A DNA stretch of 63,219 bases, the filler included, from Octopus bimaculoides (lineage: Eukaryota), in assembly GCF_001194135.2 (NCBI RefSeq). It is 5 parts of 4 records of this genome, joined end to end, with 100 filler letters (N's around TTAATTAATTAA, not from the genome) between each part and the next. Parts side by side here need not be neighbours in the genome. Positions count along the whole stretch, not along the records: positions 36,560 to 54,563 come from NC_068999.1; 4 more parts are not named here. One strand, given 5' to 3'. The translations under genes and the position numbers were made by a program. A model generated the notes under the pieces. It was not told the origin of the DNA, did not search any database, and worked only from the letters and a program-made list of their open reading frames with translations. Below, piece after piece: positions 39,266 to 51,427 of this stretch (the stretch's first letter is position 1; each line of letters begins with the position of its first letter).

Positions 39266-40202
39266 TCATCGATCGATCACAACTGAAGGTTCTGACTGAA
39301 CTTGACTTTTCTCGTCATAATTCAAAGATTCGGTAAAAGTCTGTGAGGAATCTTTCATGGATGTCCGTGTGTTTTTGCTTCGCTCTTTGATGACATCGCT
39401 TTGGTCGATGCGCAGAGCTTTGTAGCAGTCTTCGGGTGGCGCCCCGACTTCAATGGTGAAATGTTGATTGTGATGTAATGCAGTCGAAGCTGTGTCAGTC
39501 TTCGAACTGGAGAAGACTGTGTCAAATGCAACATGGTTTGAGGTACGAGCAGTATATTTCTTGTTAAAAGATAGTGTCCGAATGGAAGAAGATTCAGTTG
39601 AAGTTGGTTTAAAATTGGTCTTTTCACTATTATCACATATAGGAATCACAGACTGAGCTGCGATGTTAGTCTGCTTTGACATCTCCTGATACGGACTACT
39701 ATTACTACTACTACTACTACAGCTACTACTTTTCTCGTTCAGAATTAAAACATCATCATCAGAGAGAGACACTGGACTAGGAGGCATATTACTGTTAAAA
39801 CTGTCATTCGATCCAGCGTTATATTTTGCAGTCACTTCCGTCATGTTTGATACTGCTCGTAGATCATTTTCATTTTCATTATTGTTTATATTACTACTAC
39901 TACTGCCATTAGAGTTGTTCTTGTTATCATCAGAATGTGACTGTGTTTGAAAGAGGTTCAAAACATTTTTCTTTGATTTCTGAATAGCACTTAAAAGAGC
40001 TGGATATTCCCGCAAATGTATCAAATCTATATCACTGTTTTCCATTTCTATTTTTGATAAGGTGACTCCAAGACAAACTGAGTTGACCGTTTCTTTAAGG
40101 AATTCTTCGGGTTTCATTGTAAATATTGAGGAAGGACATGCTTCCTTTAGTTCCTCACATGTCAATCCAGTGCAGGTCGCTAAGTCTTGTACAGTGATGC
40201 AC
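39266..40202 (-). CDS. BCOR: BCOR-like gene, terminal exon (PUFD-like region plus Ser/Asn-rich tail)
   Basis: Acceptor ttctgtttttgttgcag at 40203. Open 937 nt to TGA at 39266-39268, with AATAAA at 39239-39234. Begins CITVQDLATCTGLTCEELKEACPSSIFTMKPEEFLKETVNSVCLG...DIDLIHLREYPALL, which aligns by eye to the BCOR PUFD (LLLSDVLKKL...[21 protein letters not shown]...LLDLVEF). Confidence 0.8.
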
Positions 40203-40577
40203 CTGCAACAAAAACAGAAAGGAAATTTTGTTTTAAAAAATGAAGATAGTTATATATTCTTGTTAAAGTACATATATTTGTTATATTCCTCCAAAATTTG
40301 ACTCAAAGACAGCAATTCTGACAGGAGGAGACAAGTCAATTATTACATCTTCATTAAAATAATGAGTTTGCTAGTAAAATAATGACGTCCTGTGAAGCAG
40401 AACTGGTTAAAAATATTAAATAACTCAGAAATCGCGATACACAGATATTGTTTTGAGCTGAGTGGGGGTGCTAGATTCCCTTGTTTGAAAATGTAAGGAC
40501 ACAGATTGTGTTGTATAGCCAGCTGGAGACTATGTCGCCTGGGACTAAATTACAGCAACATTAGTCCTAAACCAGGA

Positions 40578-41071
40578 GTGCCATGTCATGTTGGCAAAAA
40601 ATCTTTACTACAAAATATTTTCTCTTTACAAACATAAATTATTGTACACACGCACACATGTATGAAGGTGCAAAATTGAGTTTTGACCCTCTGGCTGATA
40701 ACTGTTGAGGATTTGGTGACCTTCTGTGTCTGAGCCGTCTTACTGGCACATGTGCTGGTGGCACGTGAAAAACAACATTCGAGCGTGGTCATTGCCAGTG
40801 CTGCCAGACTGGCTCCCATGCAGGTAGCACATAAAAAATACCTCTTGAGCGTGGTTGTTGCCAGAACTGCCTGAGTGGCCCTCATGCCGGTGGCACATAA
40901 AAGCATCCACTACACTCTCAGAGTGGTTGGCATTAGGAAGGGCATCCAGCTGTAGAAACTTTACCAGAACAGATTGAGCCTGGTGCAGCCTCTGGCTCAC
41001 CAGTCCTCAGTCAAACCGTCCAACCCATGCCAGCATGGAAAGTGAACGTTAAACGATGATGATGATGATGA
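40578..41071 (-). mobile_element. SINE-like family D with (CAT)n end and internal ~66-bp tandem units (intronic)
   Basis: catcatcatcgtttaacg...catgggttggacg...tttctacagctggatgcccttcctaa...aaccactc. A second copy at 53906-54072 extends across the gap to ~52870; a related + copy lies at 52700-52870. Confidence 0.8.
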
Positions 41072-41074
41072 ACA

Positions 41075-41107
<33 letters not shown>

Positions 41108-41128
41108 AATTGTAAGAGTTGTACTCAC

Positions 41129-41276
41129 TTCTCCTCTTGTTTTGATCGCAGTGTTACAGCCTTCAGAGGAAAGTCATCAAACTTGAAGATTTCTTCATCA
41201 GTTATGTCTTTGGGATCTGGGTCGGATGGAATATCAGCAAAGATAGGGTTTCCACTATTCACTTCCCTGTCAAAAG
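41129..41276 (-). CDS. BCOR: BCOR-like gene, 148-nt internal exon
   Basis: Acceptor ttttatttattcag and donor AA|gtgagt. Reads (A)FDREVNSGNPIFADIPSDPDPKDITDEEIFKFDDFPLKAVTLRSKQEE(K), resembling BCOR SGYDVLANPPGP...DVFEFEFSETPL at the start of the PUFD. Phases match both neighbouring exons. Confidence 0.8.
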
Positions 41277-43451
41277 CTGAATAAATAAAAAATAAAATGA
41301 AATGAAATATAATAAATAAAAATTACCATTTCTAACAATAGAACAAAACCTAAAATTTCAGAGAAAGGAAGTCAGCTGATTACAAAGACCCCAGTACCTG
41401 ACAGGTAATTTTTTTTTTTTTTTTCATTTCTCAGGAACCCATAAAATAAACACTTGGCTATAGAGGGATTTGAAACCAGAACATAATGAATCGTAACTAA
41501 ATACCACAAGATGCTTTGATGCTTTATTGATTCTACCTATCTGGCACATTTTAATGGTTTGTAACATAGCTACAAGGTCTTCAATTTGGGTGTTAGGGGT
41601 TAGCTGATTTGATCAACCTAGCATTTTATTTGCCCCCACAAGGATGAAATAGAAAATTGATCAGAGTATGATTTGAACTCGGAACTTAAGGAAACAGAAA
41701 AAAAAAAACATTGGTTTCAAATTTNNNNNNNNNNNNNNNNNNNNNNNNNNNNNNNNNNNNNNNNNNNNNNNNNNNNNNNNNNNNNNNNNNNNNNNNNNNN
41801 NNNNNNNNNNNNNNNNNNNNNNNNNNNNNNNNNNNNNNNNNNATTACATCGCACCCCCCAGTGTTCAACTGGTACTTATTTTATTGAACCCTGGAAGGAT
41901 GAAAAACAAAGATGATGTCAGAGGAATTTGAACTCAGAACGTAAAGACACAAAATACTACTAAGCATTTTGCCCGGCATGCTAACGATTCTACCAGCTCA
42001 CTGCCTTAGAACAAGAAGAAATTTTGCAAAGCATTTCGTTCGACGCTCTGTAATGATTGTCAAAAAAAATGGAACAAGAAGACAATAGACAATAAAACAT
42101 CTGGACAGATAGACGATACAAAGATGGACAGGAAAAAAGGACGGGTCATTCGCAACCTTCTCTCGTCAGTCAAGTTTCCAGATCATCCTTACAGTTTCGG
42201 CCGGTTACACTTGACGCTGTTCAAATCTGGCTGGCCCCCAAAATCTAAGCTAAGACCATTAAATTTTTGGGGAGAAAGCAAGCGCATGTGTACGACAACA
42301 AAGACAAAAAAAAAACCGAGAAAATGTTACACAATTATAAATACGAACAACAAGAAAATAACAACGTGTCTTTCGATCAATAAAGACGACGAAAAGCACA
42401 AGACCAATAAGTATTAAGGAGATGCATTTTCTTGATTATGCCGACCTCAGGAACCCGACTAGTATTGTATTTTATCGGGCCAGAAGGGATAAAATGCAAA
42501 GTCGATCTCGACGGGATTCGAACTCAGAACGTTAAGAGAAGGAAGAAATACCGCAGGACGTTTTCTCCGACGCTCTCAAAGTTTTGTTAACCAACCGCCC
42601 TAACAACAATAACTATAATAAAATTTCTTTGCATTGGCCAATTTTTCAAATAGGTATAATAAATCGACGAACTCGATTTAATATTAGTGATTTCTGCATC
42701 GATCTTGGGGGAAAAAAAATTACAGTAAGAGATATCGAACCTTGAATACTGTAAGTCACACGGTATAGCTCTCTACCAACTGCGCCATTACAATCGCAAC
42801 TATCTTTACATAGCAGTTTTTTTTTTAAACAGGGAGTAAATTTATTTAAACAAGTATAAAGTAATACCAATAAAGACTATAAACACAAAACAAAACAAAT
42901 AAATAAAACACGCACGTACACACGCGCTTTTCCACTCCACTCTCCACACACGCACAGAATTAAAAGAATATTGGTGATTATAGCAGTTTGCTATCCAATG
43001 AAATATAGGAGAGATTCTTTAATTTCCGGATCTAATTTGTTTTCCATTGAATAATTCCAAGTTCACATGTAATAATGCTCTAAAAAAAGAAATGTTGGAT
43101 TCTGAGATAAATACGTTGGACTCCTGCTGAATAGCTTTCTCCCCGGCGTCATCGCTATACATCCCGCCATCGCCTACCTCCAGTTCCTTCTTCTATTAGA
43201 AAGACTATTTATTAAATTCCAGCGAATTAAACACTGAAACCGGTTCCACGAAGATAAGAATTGAACCTTTCGTAGACTGCTGCTTCCGTGTTATTGTTTC
43301 TGATATTTTCTTAATACTTACATGTTCAAGTAATGACAAGAAATCGCTTCTTCCTGTCTCTACTCCATGTATGTATATATGTATGTATGTATATATATTC
43401 GCGTGTGTGTGTGTGTGTGTGTGTGTATTTCGGGATGAAATCTTGCAAAAC

Positions 43452-43489
<38 letters not shown>

Positions 43490-44199
43490 NNNNNNNNNNN
43501 NNNNNNNNNNNNNNNNNNNNNNNNNNNNNNNNNNNNNNNNNNNNNNNNNNNNNNNNNNNNNNNNNNNNNNNNNNNNNNNNNNNNNNNNNNNNNNNNNNNN
43601 NNNNNNNNNNNNNNNNNNNNNNNNNNNNNNNNNNNNNNNNNNNNNNNNNNNNNNNNNNNNNNNNNNNNNNNNNNNNNNNNNNNNNNNNNNNNNNNNNNNN
43701 NNNNNNNNNNNNNNNNNNNNNNNNNNNNNNNNNNNNNNNNNNNNNNNNNNNNNNNNNNNNNNNNNNNNNNNNNNNNNNNNNNNNNNNNNNNNNNNNNNNN
43801 NNNNNNNNNNNNNNNNNNNNNNNNNNNNNNNNNNNNNNNNNNNNNNNNNNNNNNNNNNNNNNNNNNNNNNNNNNNNNNNNNNNNNNNNNNNNNNNNNNNN
43901 NNNNNNNNNNNNAGAAATCACTGAAGAGAAACTTTGATTAAAAATACCCCAGGGTGGAGAGGTCTTATTTTTATTTATTATTATTTTTTTTCCGGCGAAA
44001 ATATAACGATGATATAAAAAGAGTATAAGATTGTCTTTTAATTGGTGAAGGGAATTAAAATTGCGCAACTTGTAAGACGCTCGGTTTTAGTTCAACAGGA
44101 CTTCGTTTTAAATTACCTAAAATATATGGGATATTGAACGATGTAACAATAATGACGAAAACTCGTCACAAAATTACATAATTAAAAAAAATTCGTTTT

Positions 44200-44650
44200 T
44201 GGCGCACGCAGGCGTGGTTTTCAAAGGCGGCGAGCTGGCAGAAACGTTAGCACGCCGGGCGAAATACTTTGCGGTATTTGGTCTTTACGTTCTGAGCTCA
44301 AATTCTGCCAAGGTCGATTTTGCCTTTCATCCTTTCGTGGTCGATAAATTGCGTACCAGTTGCGTACTGGTTCGATCTAATCGACCAACTCCCTCCCCCC
44401 AAATTTTCGGGCCTTCTGCCTAGGGTAAAAAAAATATTTATGGTTTTCAGACAGCGAGCTGGCAGAATAGTTACCTAGCGAAACTTTTTTGTCCGTGTTT
44501 ACATCTTGAGATTAAATTCCGCCAGGTTCAACGTTGCATGTCATCCTTCCAGAGGTCGATAAAATAAATACGAGTTGAACACTAGAGATCGATGTAATCG
44601 ATTTACTCCCGTCCCCCAAATTCCTGGCCTTGAATGAAAATTTGAAATTA
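44200..44650 (+). mobile_element. Tandem SINE family B copies (intronic)
   Basis: Family B homology. More copies at ~8645-8780, 34440-34765, 41850-42010, 42440-42600, 48660-49045, 51185-51260, 60660-61230 and 62420-62570. Confidence 0.8.
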
Positions 44651-45451
44651 ATATTTATAGTTTAAGCCATGGTAGGTTGTGTCTACTTCGTCTCCCCCAG
44701 ACAGTTATCTCCCTTATATCCACTCATCACACACAAGCAAAGATCTCATAGCGTTGAACTAGACGAAAAACCTGTGAGCAAACGATACTTAGTAACGTGC
44801 TTAATCCGCTTTTAGACACTTAACATTTTAATCAGAACAATGCTTTTATCAAGGACTCAAATTTTCAATGAGATTTCGTTGAATTTGTTTTCCCCAGTTA
44901 CACTTCTAAATATAACCACGCAGAGACACACAGAAACTGTGTCAGGGCACTTCGAAATATCCGCTTAAAAAAAAAAATGCGGTGAAGCCAACAACGATAG
45001 ACAGCCAATGATATCTGTCCTTGTTTGTACTTAACTTCGCTGACTACAATGAGGACTTCTGTGATACTATCGATACTTTTAACCAAACGCAATGATAACA
45101 GCGACAACTGCAACAAAAAGCTTTTGAAACGTCTAAAGATGTCCCGGAAATTCTTCTGGGTAATAATGACGTCAGGATAGTACGAGCATCCGGTTTGTTC
45201 GGTTGGTGTGTAGCGCTAATTTAAACGCCTGATAGTTTAGATATGGTGAGAGAAAGGAAGATTTTACGGAAGTAAATGCAATTTTTTTAGACAAAGAGTT
45301 TAGTGTTGTATTCCTAGTGGTTTTCTTTTTCTCATGAACTCGAATCAATTGCCAAAGACCTTCTATAGTGTGTTTTTTTCCACTATACCTCCTCCCCACT
45401 GCACATACACATATATTTGTAAACACACACATGCATACAAAGACGTACACA

Positions 45452-45526
<75 letters not shown>

Positions 45527-46034
45527 TCTCTCACACACATACTTATAAATACACATAGACGCATATACACAGACACATATTTGTATTAGTATAACGTTGG
45601 GATTCAGAAACAATGCAACTTCAAGCAAAAAAAAAAAAAAAAAAAATTAGATTCACTTATTTTAAAGAGGAGCGGCAGAAATAAACAGTTAGAATATAAA
45701 ACGGAAAAACAAGCAGAAAGAAATAAAACGAAAACTAAACAAAAGTGAAGGACTAAAAATGGTTGACAGGAATTTTATTATAACTTAGTAGAAATACTAG
45801 TTTGGTTTCATTCAGTGTGTGTATCTGTCTACCATTGTACAAACATCTCCAGCTCGCGTGGCAGATGGTGTAAAACTGTGTTGTGTTACACCGTAAAACT
45901 CAGTGAGTATTTAAGCAATGTATTTGTGGATAGTTAATGGGTTGGATGTGGTACTGATGACAGAACAATAACTCTTGAAATATGTACATACACTCATTAC
46001 CTATTTTTTCTATCTCCGATCGCATTGTTTACAT

Positions 46035-46168
46035 CAGTGCTCCACAACCGGTATGCCGCAGAGTAACTTGAATATAATTTTTTCCCCCTATACTTTTAGT
46101 TCAAAAGTGCCGCCGAATTTCGAAAGGATTATAAGTGTACCGCAAGTGAAAAAGGTTGCAGAGCACTG
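46035..46168. mobile_element. hAT-type MITE (134 bp)
   Basis: TIRs cagtgctccacaacc / ggttgcagagcactg (13/15). Perfect 8-bp TSD GTTTACAT at 46027-46034 and 46169-46176. Confidence 0.9.
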
Positions 46169-46296
46169 GTTTACATGAACGTATTCGTAAACGAAACGTC
46201 GTAGCTTACAATTCTGGCTCTGAATCTCTATAAAATCTATAGCGATAAACTTACAAGATGGTTATAAATTCATATCGGATACAATGGAGTATTTAG

Positions 46297-46475
46297 CAGG
46301 CCCGTCGCCAGATTTTGGTGCCTGGGGGTGCTTCAGAATATTATTTGGTGGGCCCTACTTTGTAATAATGCTAAAATGAAGTTTTGAAATAAGTGAATCA
46401 CTGTAAATCTGAGGGTGCACCGTTGAATTGTAAGGGGGCACTGCCGTCCAGTGCACACCCTTAGCGATAGGCATG
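46297..46475. mobile_element. Second hAT-type MITE (179 bp), older
   Basis: Degenerate TIRs caggcccgtcgcca / tagcgataggcatg; 8-bp TSD GTATTTAG / GTAGTTAG (7/8). Confidence 0.65.
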
Positions 46476-48000
46476 GTAGTTAGAGAGAATTGTATCAATC
46501 GAAAAACATAAAACGGTTCATTCATAACCGAGAATATTTCAAAGAGACAGACATAGAACAAATGATTGCTTTAAACACTAGTCCACAATCACTACCTATT
46601 ATATTTGCTCCTGCATGACTCCAGTGAGCTGGTTGACTCATAAGTTTTTCCAGTCCCCGCCCTTGCTAATTGAACATATATCATACATATGTCTTCTGGT
46701 GACCCGAAAACGCTTTTCTTACCGTGGGTTTCAAATATTTGATTAGCAGGTTCAAACCTGCAGTGAGTGGCCACCTAATTTAATTGGCTTCTATCGACGT
46801 GAAACGAAGTAGGAATGTAGCAAGGAGGAGAAAGCCATGATAAACTCATTAAGCAGTTTATTATTTATAAGTTGGTCTCGTTAGAGAAAATCCCTGGTAG
46901 GATGCGGTGTTTATTTACAGAGGTTTTATCAGAATGCTTATAGCAGTAACTGCTATATTTTATNNNNNNNNNNNNNNNNNNNNNNNNNNNNNNNNNNNNN
47001 NNNNNNNNNNNNNNNNNNNNNNNNNNNNNNNNNNNNNNNNNNNNNNNNNNNNNNNNNNNNNNNNNNNNNNNNNNNNNNNNNNNNNNNNNNNNNNNNNNNN
47101 NNNNNNNNNNNNNNNNNNNNNNNNNNNNNNNNNNNNNNNNNNNNNNNNNNNNNNNNNNNNNNNNNNNNNNNNNNNNNNNNNNNNNNNNNNNNNNNNNNNN
47201 NNNNNNNNNNNNNNNNNNNNNNNNNNNNNNNNNNNNNNNNNNNNNNNNNNNNNNNNNNNNNNNNNNNNNNNNNNNNNNNNNNNNNNNNNNNNNNNNNNNN
47301 NNNNNNNNNNNNNNNNNNNNNNNNNNNNNNNNNNNNNNNNNNNNNNNNNNNNNNNNNNNNNNNNNNNNNNNNNNNNNNNNNNNNNNNNNNNNNNNNNNNN
47401 NNNNNNNNNNNNNNNNNNNNNNNNNNNNNNNNNNNNNNNNNNNNNNNNNNNNNNNNNNNNNNNNNNNNNNNNNNNNNNNNNNNNNNNNNNNNNNNNNNNN
47501 NNNNNNNNNNNNNNNNNNNNNNNNNNNNNNNNNNNNNNNNNNNNNNNNNNNNNNNNNNNNNNNNNNNNNNNNNNNNNNNNNNNNNNNNNNNNNNNNNNNN
47601 NNNNNNNNNNNNNNNNNNNNNNNNNNNNNNNNNNNNNNNNNNNNNAAGAGATAATGTGCTGTAGATGTTTCAGGGCTAAAAAGAGATCAAGTCATGAACT
47701 TGTAAGAAGAGTTAACCTTGTTATACAGACGGAAACATACGATTCCCGATCATGTAAGATACACAGATTTACAAATTCAGAACAAAAAACAGAAAAAAAA
47801 AACGTTTATAATTGGTTAATTTCTTTTTTAACAAGATATATATATCTTTTTTTCTTTGCTGTATATATATATTTTTCTTTTGGTGGGGGGGGGGGGAAGA
47901 AGAAACAGAAAATTGTTACTTTTGTTCCGTTTCATGTGATTCAAATGGTTTAAATAAAGCGAGTTACGTCAAAGTGAGAGTAGAAAAACAGCGTCAGACA

Positions 48001-48280
48001 TACGAAGGTGGGCTGAAAAACTTCATAGGTTTACTATGAAGGAGTGATGCTAGAGCTGTGAAATTTTGCATGCATCAATTTCAACACTTATTAATATCTG
48101 CATTGTTTCTTTCCAGGTAAATTGACATCTGACTGCTCAAAAAAGACTTGGAAAGTAACTTAGTAGCGACTTGAAAATAGACGATTTGATATTGTGGTGC
48201 CATCAAGTACTTGTAGAAAAAGGGTTTAGCCACAAAGGACATTTATGCTGACGTGGTTTGCTTCATTAGGGGACGAATGA
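48001..48280 (+). mobile_element. Mariner 5' end (TIR plus transposase N-terminus), decayed
   Basis: TA-cgaaggtgggctgaaaaacttcatagg TIR-like start. YCGAIKYL*KKGLATKDIYADVV at 48190 resembles the mariner N-terminal HTH. Confidence 0.7.
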
Positions 48281-49539
48281 GGCTTCAGCTTTATCAATAG
48301 TGCAAAGAGGGCAGCTTGTACTCTCATCATGAGGAATATACGCCTTACTCAAAGATTTTCTCTTTCTCTGCATTCGTAGTTTTTGTTGTGAGAAATAAAC
48401 TATGTTATTGATCGAAAGAAGCGGGGGAAAACGGTGGGATATTGGTGTCATTCTCAAAGACATTAGTGACATAAAAGGAAAGATTTTACTGGCTTCATTC
48501 AACGGTAGGCGCTTCTTGCAATTTCCGTTTACAAGAGTCACTCACAAGGCTTTGGCCGTCCCGAGGCTAGGTACCACGCAGAGGAACTGAACCCGAAACC
48601 ATTTGGTATATACTAAAGTGTTGTGACAGAGTCTGAATAATTCCCAGTTCATTTGCCGGTTTATTATACTACTAAAGAAAATGGGGGCAAACTGGGCAAA
48701 ATGCTTAGCGGCATTTCGTTCATCTTTGTTCAAATTCCGTACCAATTGATCACTGGGGTCGATGTATTCAACTACCCCATTCCTTGTAAATTTCAGGCCT
48801 TGTGCATCTAGTAAAAAGAATTGTTTGTAAAGAAAATGGCGGCGAGCTGGCAGAATCAATAACACAACAGGCAAGGTGCTTAGCGGCATATCGATCGTCT
48901 TTGTGTTTCTGTGTTCAAATTCCGCCAAGGTTGACATTGCGTTTTATCATTTTGGGGTCGATGAAATAAGTACCAGTTGAATACTGGAGTCGATTTATTT
49001 GATTAGGCCCTCCCCGAAAATTTAAAACCTTTGCGCTTGTAGTAGAATGGATTATTAGTAAAGAAAATACGAAGTTATCGTTAACAGAACCATTCAAACA
49101 GAAATTCAGTTGAAACATCACTTGTATTAATTAAAGAGAAACCTTCACTTGAAATACGAAAAATTATAGAAAATAGTTTTGAGTTCGATTCCCATCAAAG
49201 ACGACATAGCTTTTAATTCTTCCGGTAACGGTGCTGGGGAGGTCGGTGTAAACAAACAGCAATCATATATTAAGGCGACGAGCAGGCAGAACCGTTAGCC
49301 CATCAGACAAAATCCTGGCGAATCAAGTACTTGAACCCTGCAACGGAGGGGTGTCCCCCGTCGAGGTGGGCGGGGGGTAGTGTGATCGCGATCACTTAAA
49401 TATAACGGAAACTGGTTGACCGGCCGTATGAGGCCTAGGGATGAAGAAAGGAAAAAAGATCAAGTACTCGGATCGATTTAAACGAATGATTTTTAGTCGT
49501 AGAAAGTGACCCCAGCGCTAATTTCTTCATTACAGCCTA

Positions 49540-49638
49540 GTACTTATTCTATCGTTCTCTTTGGCCGAAGCGCTAAGTTACGGAAACGTAAACACTGCAA
49601 CATCGATTGTTGAGTGGTTATGGGGGTACAAATACAAG

Positions 49639-49713
<75 letters not shown>

Positions 49714-49716
49714 TAT

Positions 49717-49763
<47 letters not shown>

Positions 49764-49925
49764 AACACGATGGACTTCTTTCAGTTTCCACCGACCGAAT
49801 CCACTCACAAGGTTTTGATTGGTCCCGATGCTATAATAGAAGACATTTACCCAAGGTGCCACGCACTGGGACTGAATTCGAAACTATGTGGTTGGGAAGC
49901 ACACAGCTTCCCAACCACACAGCCA
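49540..49925 (-). mobile_element. SINE family A copy (intronic)
   Basis: Family A homology. Further partial copies at ~5225-5370, 8565-8640, 18890-19000, 23745-23912 and 55558-55830. Confidence 0.75.
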
Positions 49926-50084
49926 CTAAATAACTTTCATTTCCTAATTCATTCATTTGCTTATTTTTGATCGCTGACTGAACGCCTAAAAATTAAGCCA
50001 AATCGTAGGAATTAGGTGGCCTCCAGAGGTATGTGGTTCTAGTTTCCAAGTCGAACTACATATGCAGCCAGACATAAAGCTTAC

Positions 50085-50162
50085 CTTTAATATCCCATGA
50101 TCCGTGAAATTCCCACGGTGTAACAACGTGGTTGTCGTCTCCATTCAAATCATTAATATAAT
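50085..50162 (-). CDS. BCOR: BCOR-like gene, 78-nt internal exon (post-ankyrin linker)
   Basis: Acceptor ttttctattttcag and donor AAG|gtaagc. Phase 1/1; reads (D)YINDLNGDDNHVVTPWEFHGSWDIK, resembling recalled vertebrate BCOR DYLNDLQG...WDFYGS. Splices in frame to 41129-41276. Confidence 0.8.
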
Positions 50163-50471
50163 CTGAAAATAGAAAAGCGTTGGCCGTTAGTCACGGTTCA
50201 TTGGTGTTGTATGAAGTGAGGAGAAAGAATTAAATCAGTGGCGCACGCATACAAATACACACAGAGACATGGAAGCAAATATAAACATACATACACAGAC
50301 TTGGAAGCAAAGATAAACATACACACACAGACATGGAAGCAAAGATAAACACACACACACACACATAGTAGCAGAGATAATTTGTATACGACTGGGTTAT
50401 GTATGGAAATACAATGGATGGTGCTGGGCAAAGAACTAAACGTACATGAATATATAAACATATATATAAAC

Positions 50472-50526
<55 letters not shown>

Positions 50527-50743
50527 TGTACATACACATACTCATAGATAGGTTTATATATTTATATAAGTATGCAACATCTTTTTCATGTACACTTTGT
50601 TAAACACATGCACTCGCACGTGTGCGTGCGAATAAAAATGTACAGTAAAAATTTTAAGTATACATATTAAAATTTCAAGTACGTCTGGGCGCGCATGAGT
50701 ATATGTGTATATATAATACGCACGTGAGTGCGTGTGTGTATAT

Positions 50744-50774
<31 letters not shown>

Positions 50775-51289
50775 ATTTAAAGCATAATTTGAAATATATA
50801 AAGTCATAAAACTTGTAAAACGAAATACACACAAAACACACATATGTATGTATGTATGTATGTTTGTTGCTGTTGGCATTCCGTCAGTTACTACGACGAG
50901 GGTTCCAGTTGATCCGATCAACAGAACAGCCTGCTCGTGAAATTAACGTGCAAGTGGCTGAGCACTCCACAGACACGTGTATCCTTAACGTAGTTCTCGG
51001 GGAGATTCAGCGTGGCACAGAGTGTGACAAGGCTGACCCTTTGAATTACAGGCACAACAGAAACAGGAAGAAAGAGTGAGAAAAGGTTGTGGTGAAAGAG
51101 TACAGTAGGGTTCATCTAATCGACTGGCCTCCTCCTCCCCACAAAATTCAGGCCTTGAGCCTGGAGTAGAAAAGAATATTAGTGTTTAAGGCGGCGAGTT
51201 GGCAGAATGGTTAGCACACCGAGCAAAATGCTTAACGGCATTTCTTTGGTCTTTACGTTGCTGTTATTATTATTATTATTATTATTATT

Positions 51290-51427
51290 CAGGTCATTGC
51301 CTGGAATCAAACTCGGAATCTTGGGGTTAGTAGCCCGCGCTCTTAACCACTACGCCATATAGCCGTGGGGATATATCCGTCAAATGTAAATAATGTACTT
51401 AATTCCTCATCTCTTAAATATAGAACT
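51290..51427. mobile_element. tRNA-like SINE head (-) fused to a + oriented tail shared with the hammerhead element
   Basis: Minus strand GGCGTAGTGGTTAAG...GAGTTTGATTCC (A/B boxes); plus strand 51373-51397 matches 32281-32305. Confidence 0.6.

Noticed and set aside
42188-42250. Candidate micro-exon DFGGQPDLNSVKCNRPK
   Set aside because: The good donor gives the wrong phase for the 41276 exon; the 50085-50162 exon fits both phase and homology.
42730-42790. tRNA-like sequence on the minus strand (also 51300-51356, 18186-18250)
   Set aside because: A/B boxes are present but no complete cloverleaf or acceptor stem; these are SINE heads, not tRNA genes.
45950-45990. CTGATGA...GAAA hammerhead-like spacing
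   Set aside because: No G-C closure of stem II and no stem I partner after a valid UH triplet.
46592-46774. 60-aa minus-strand ORF inside the BCOR-like intron
   Set aside because: Weak splice signals, no family motif, and not needed for phase continuity.
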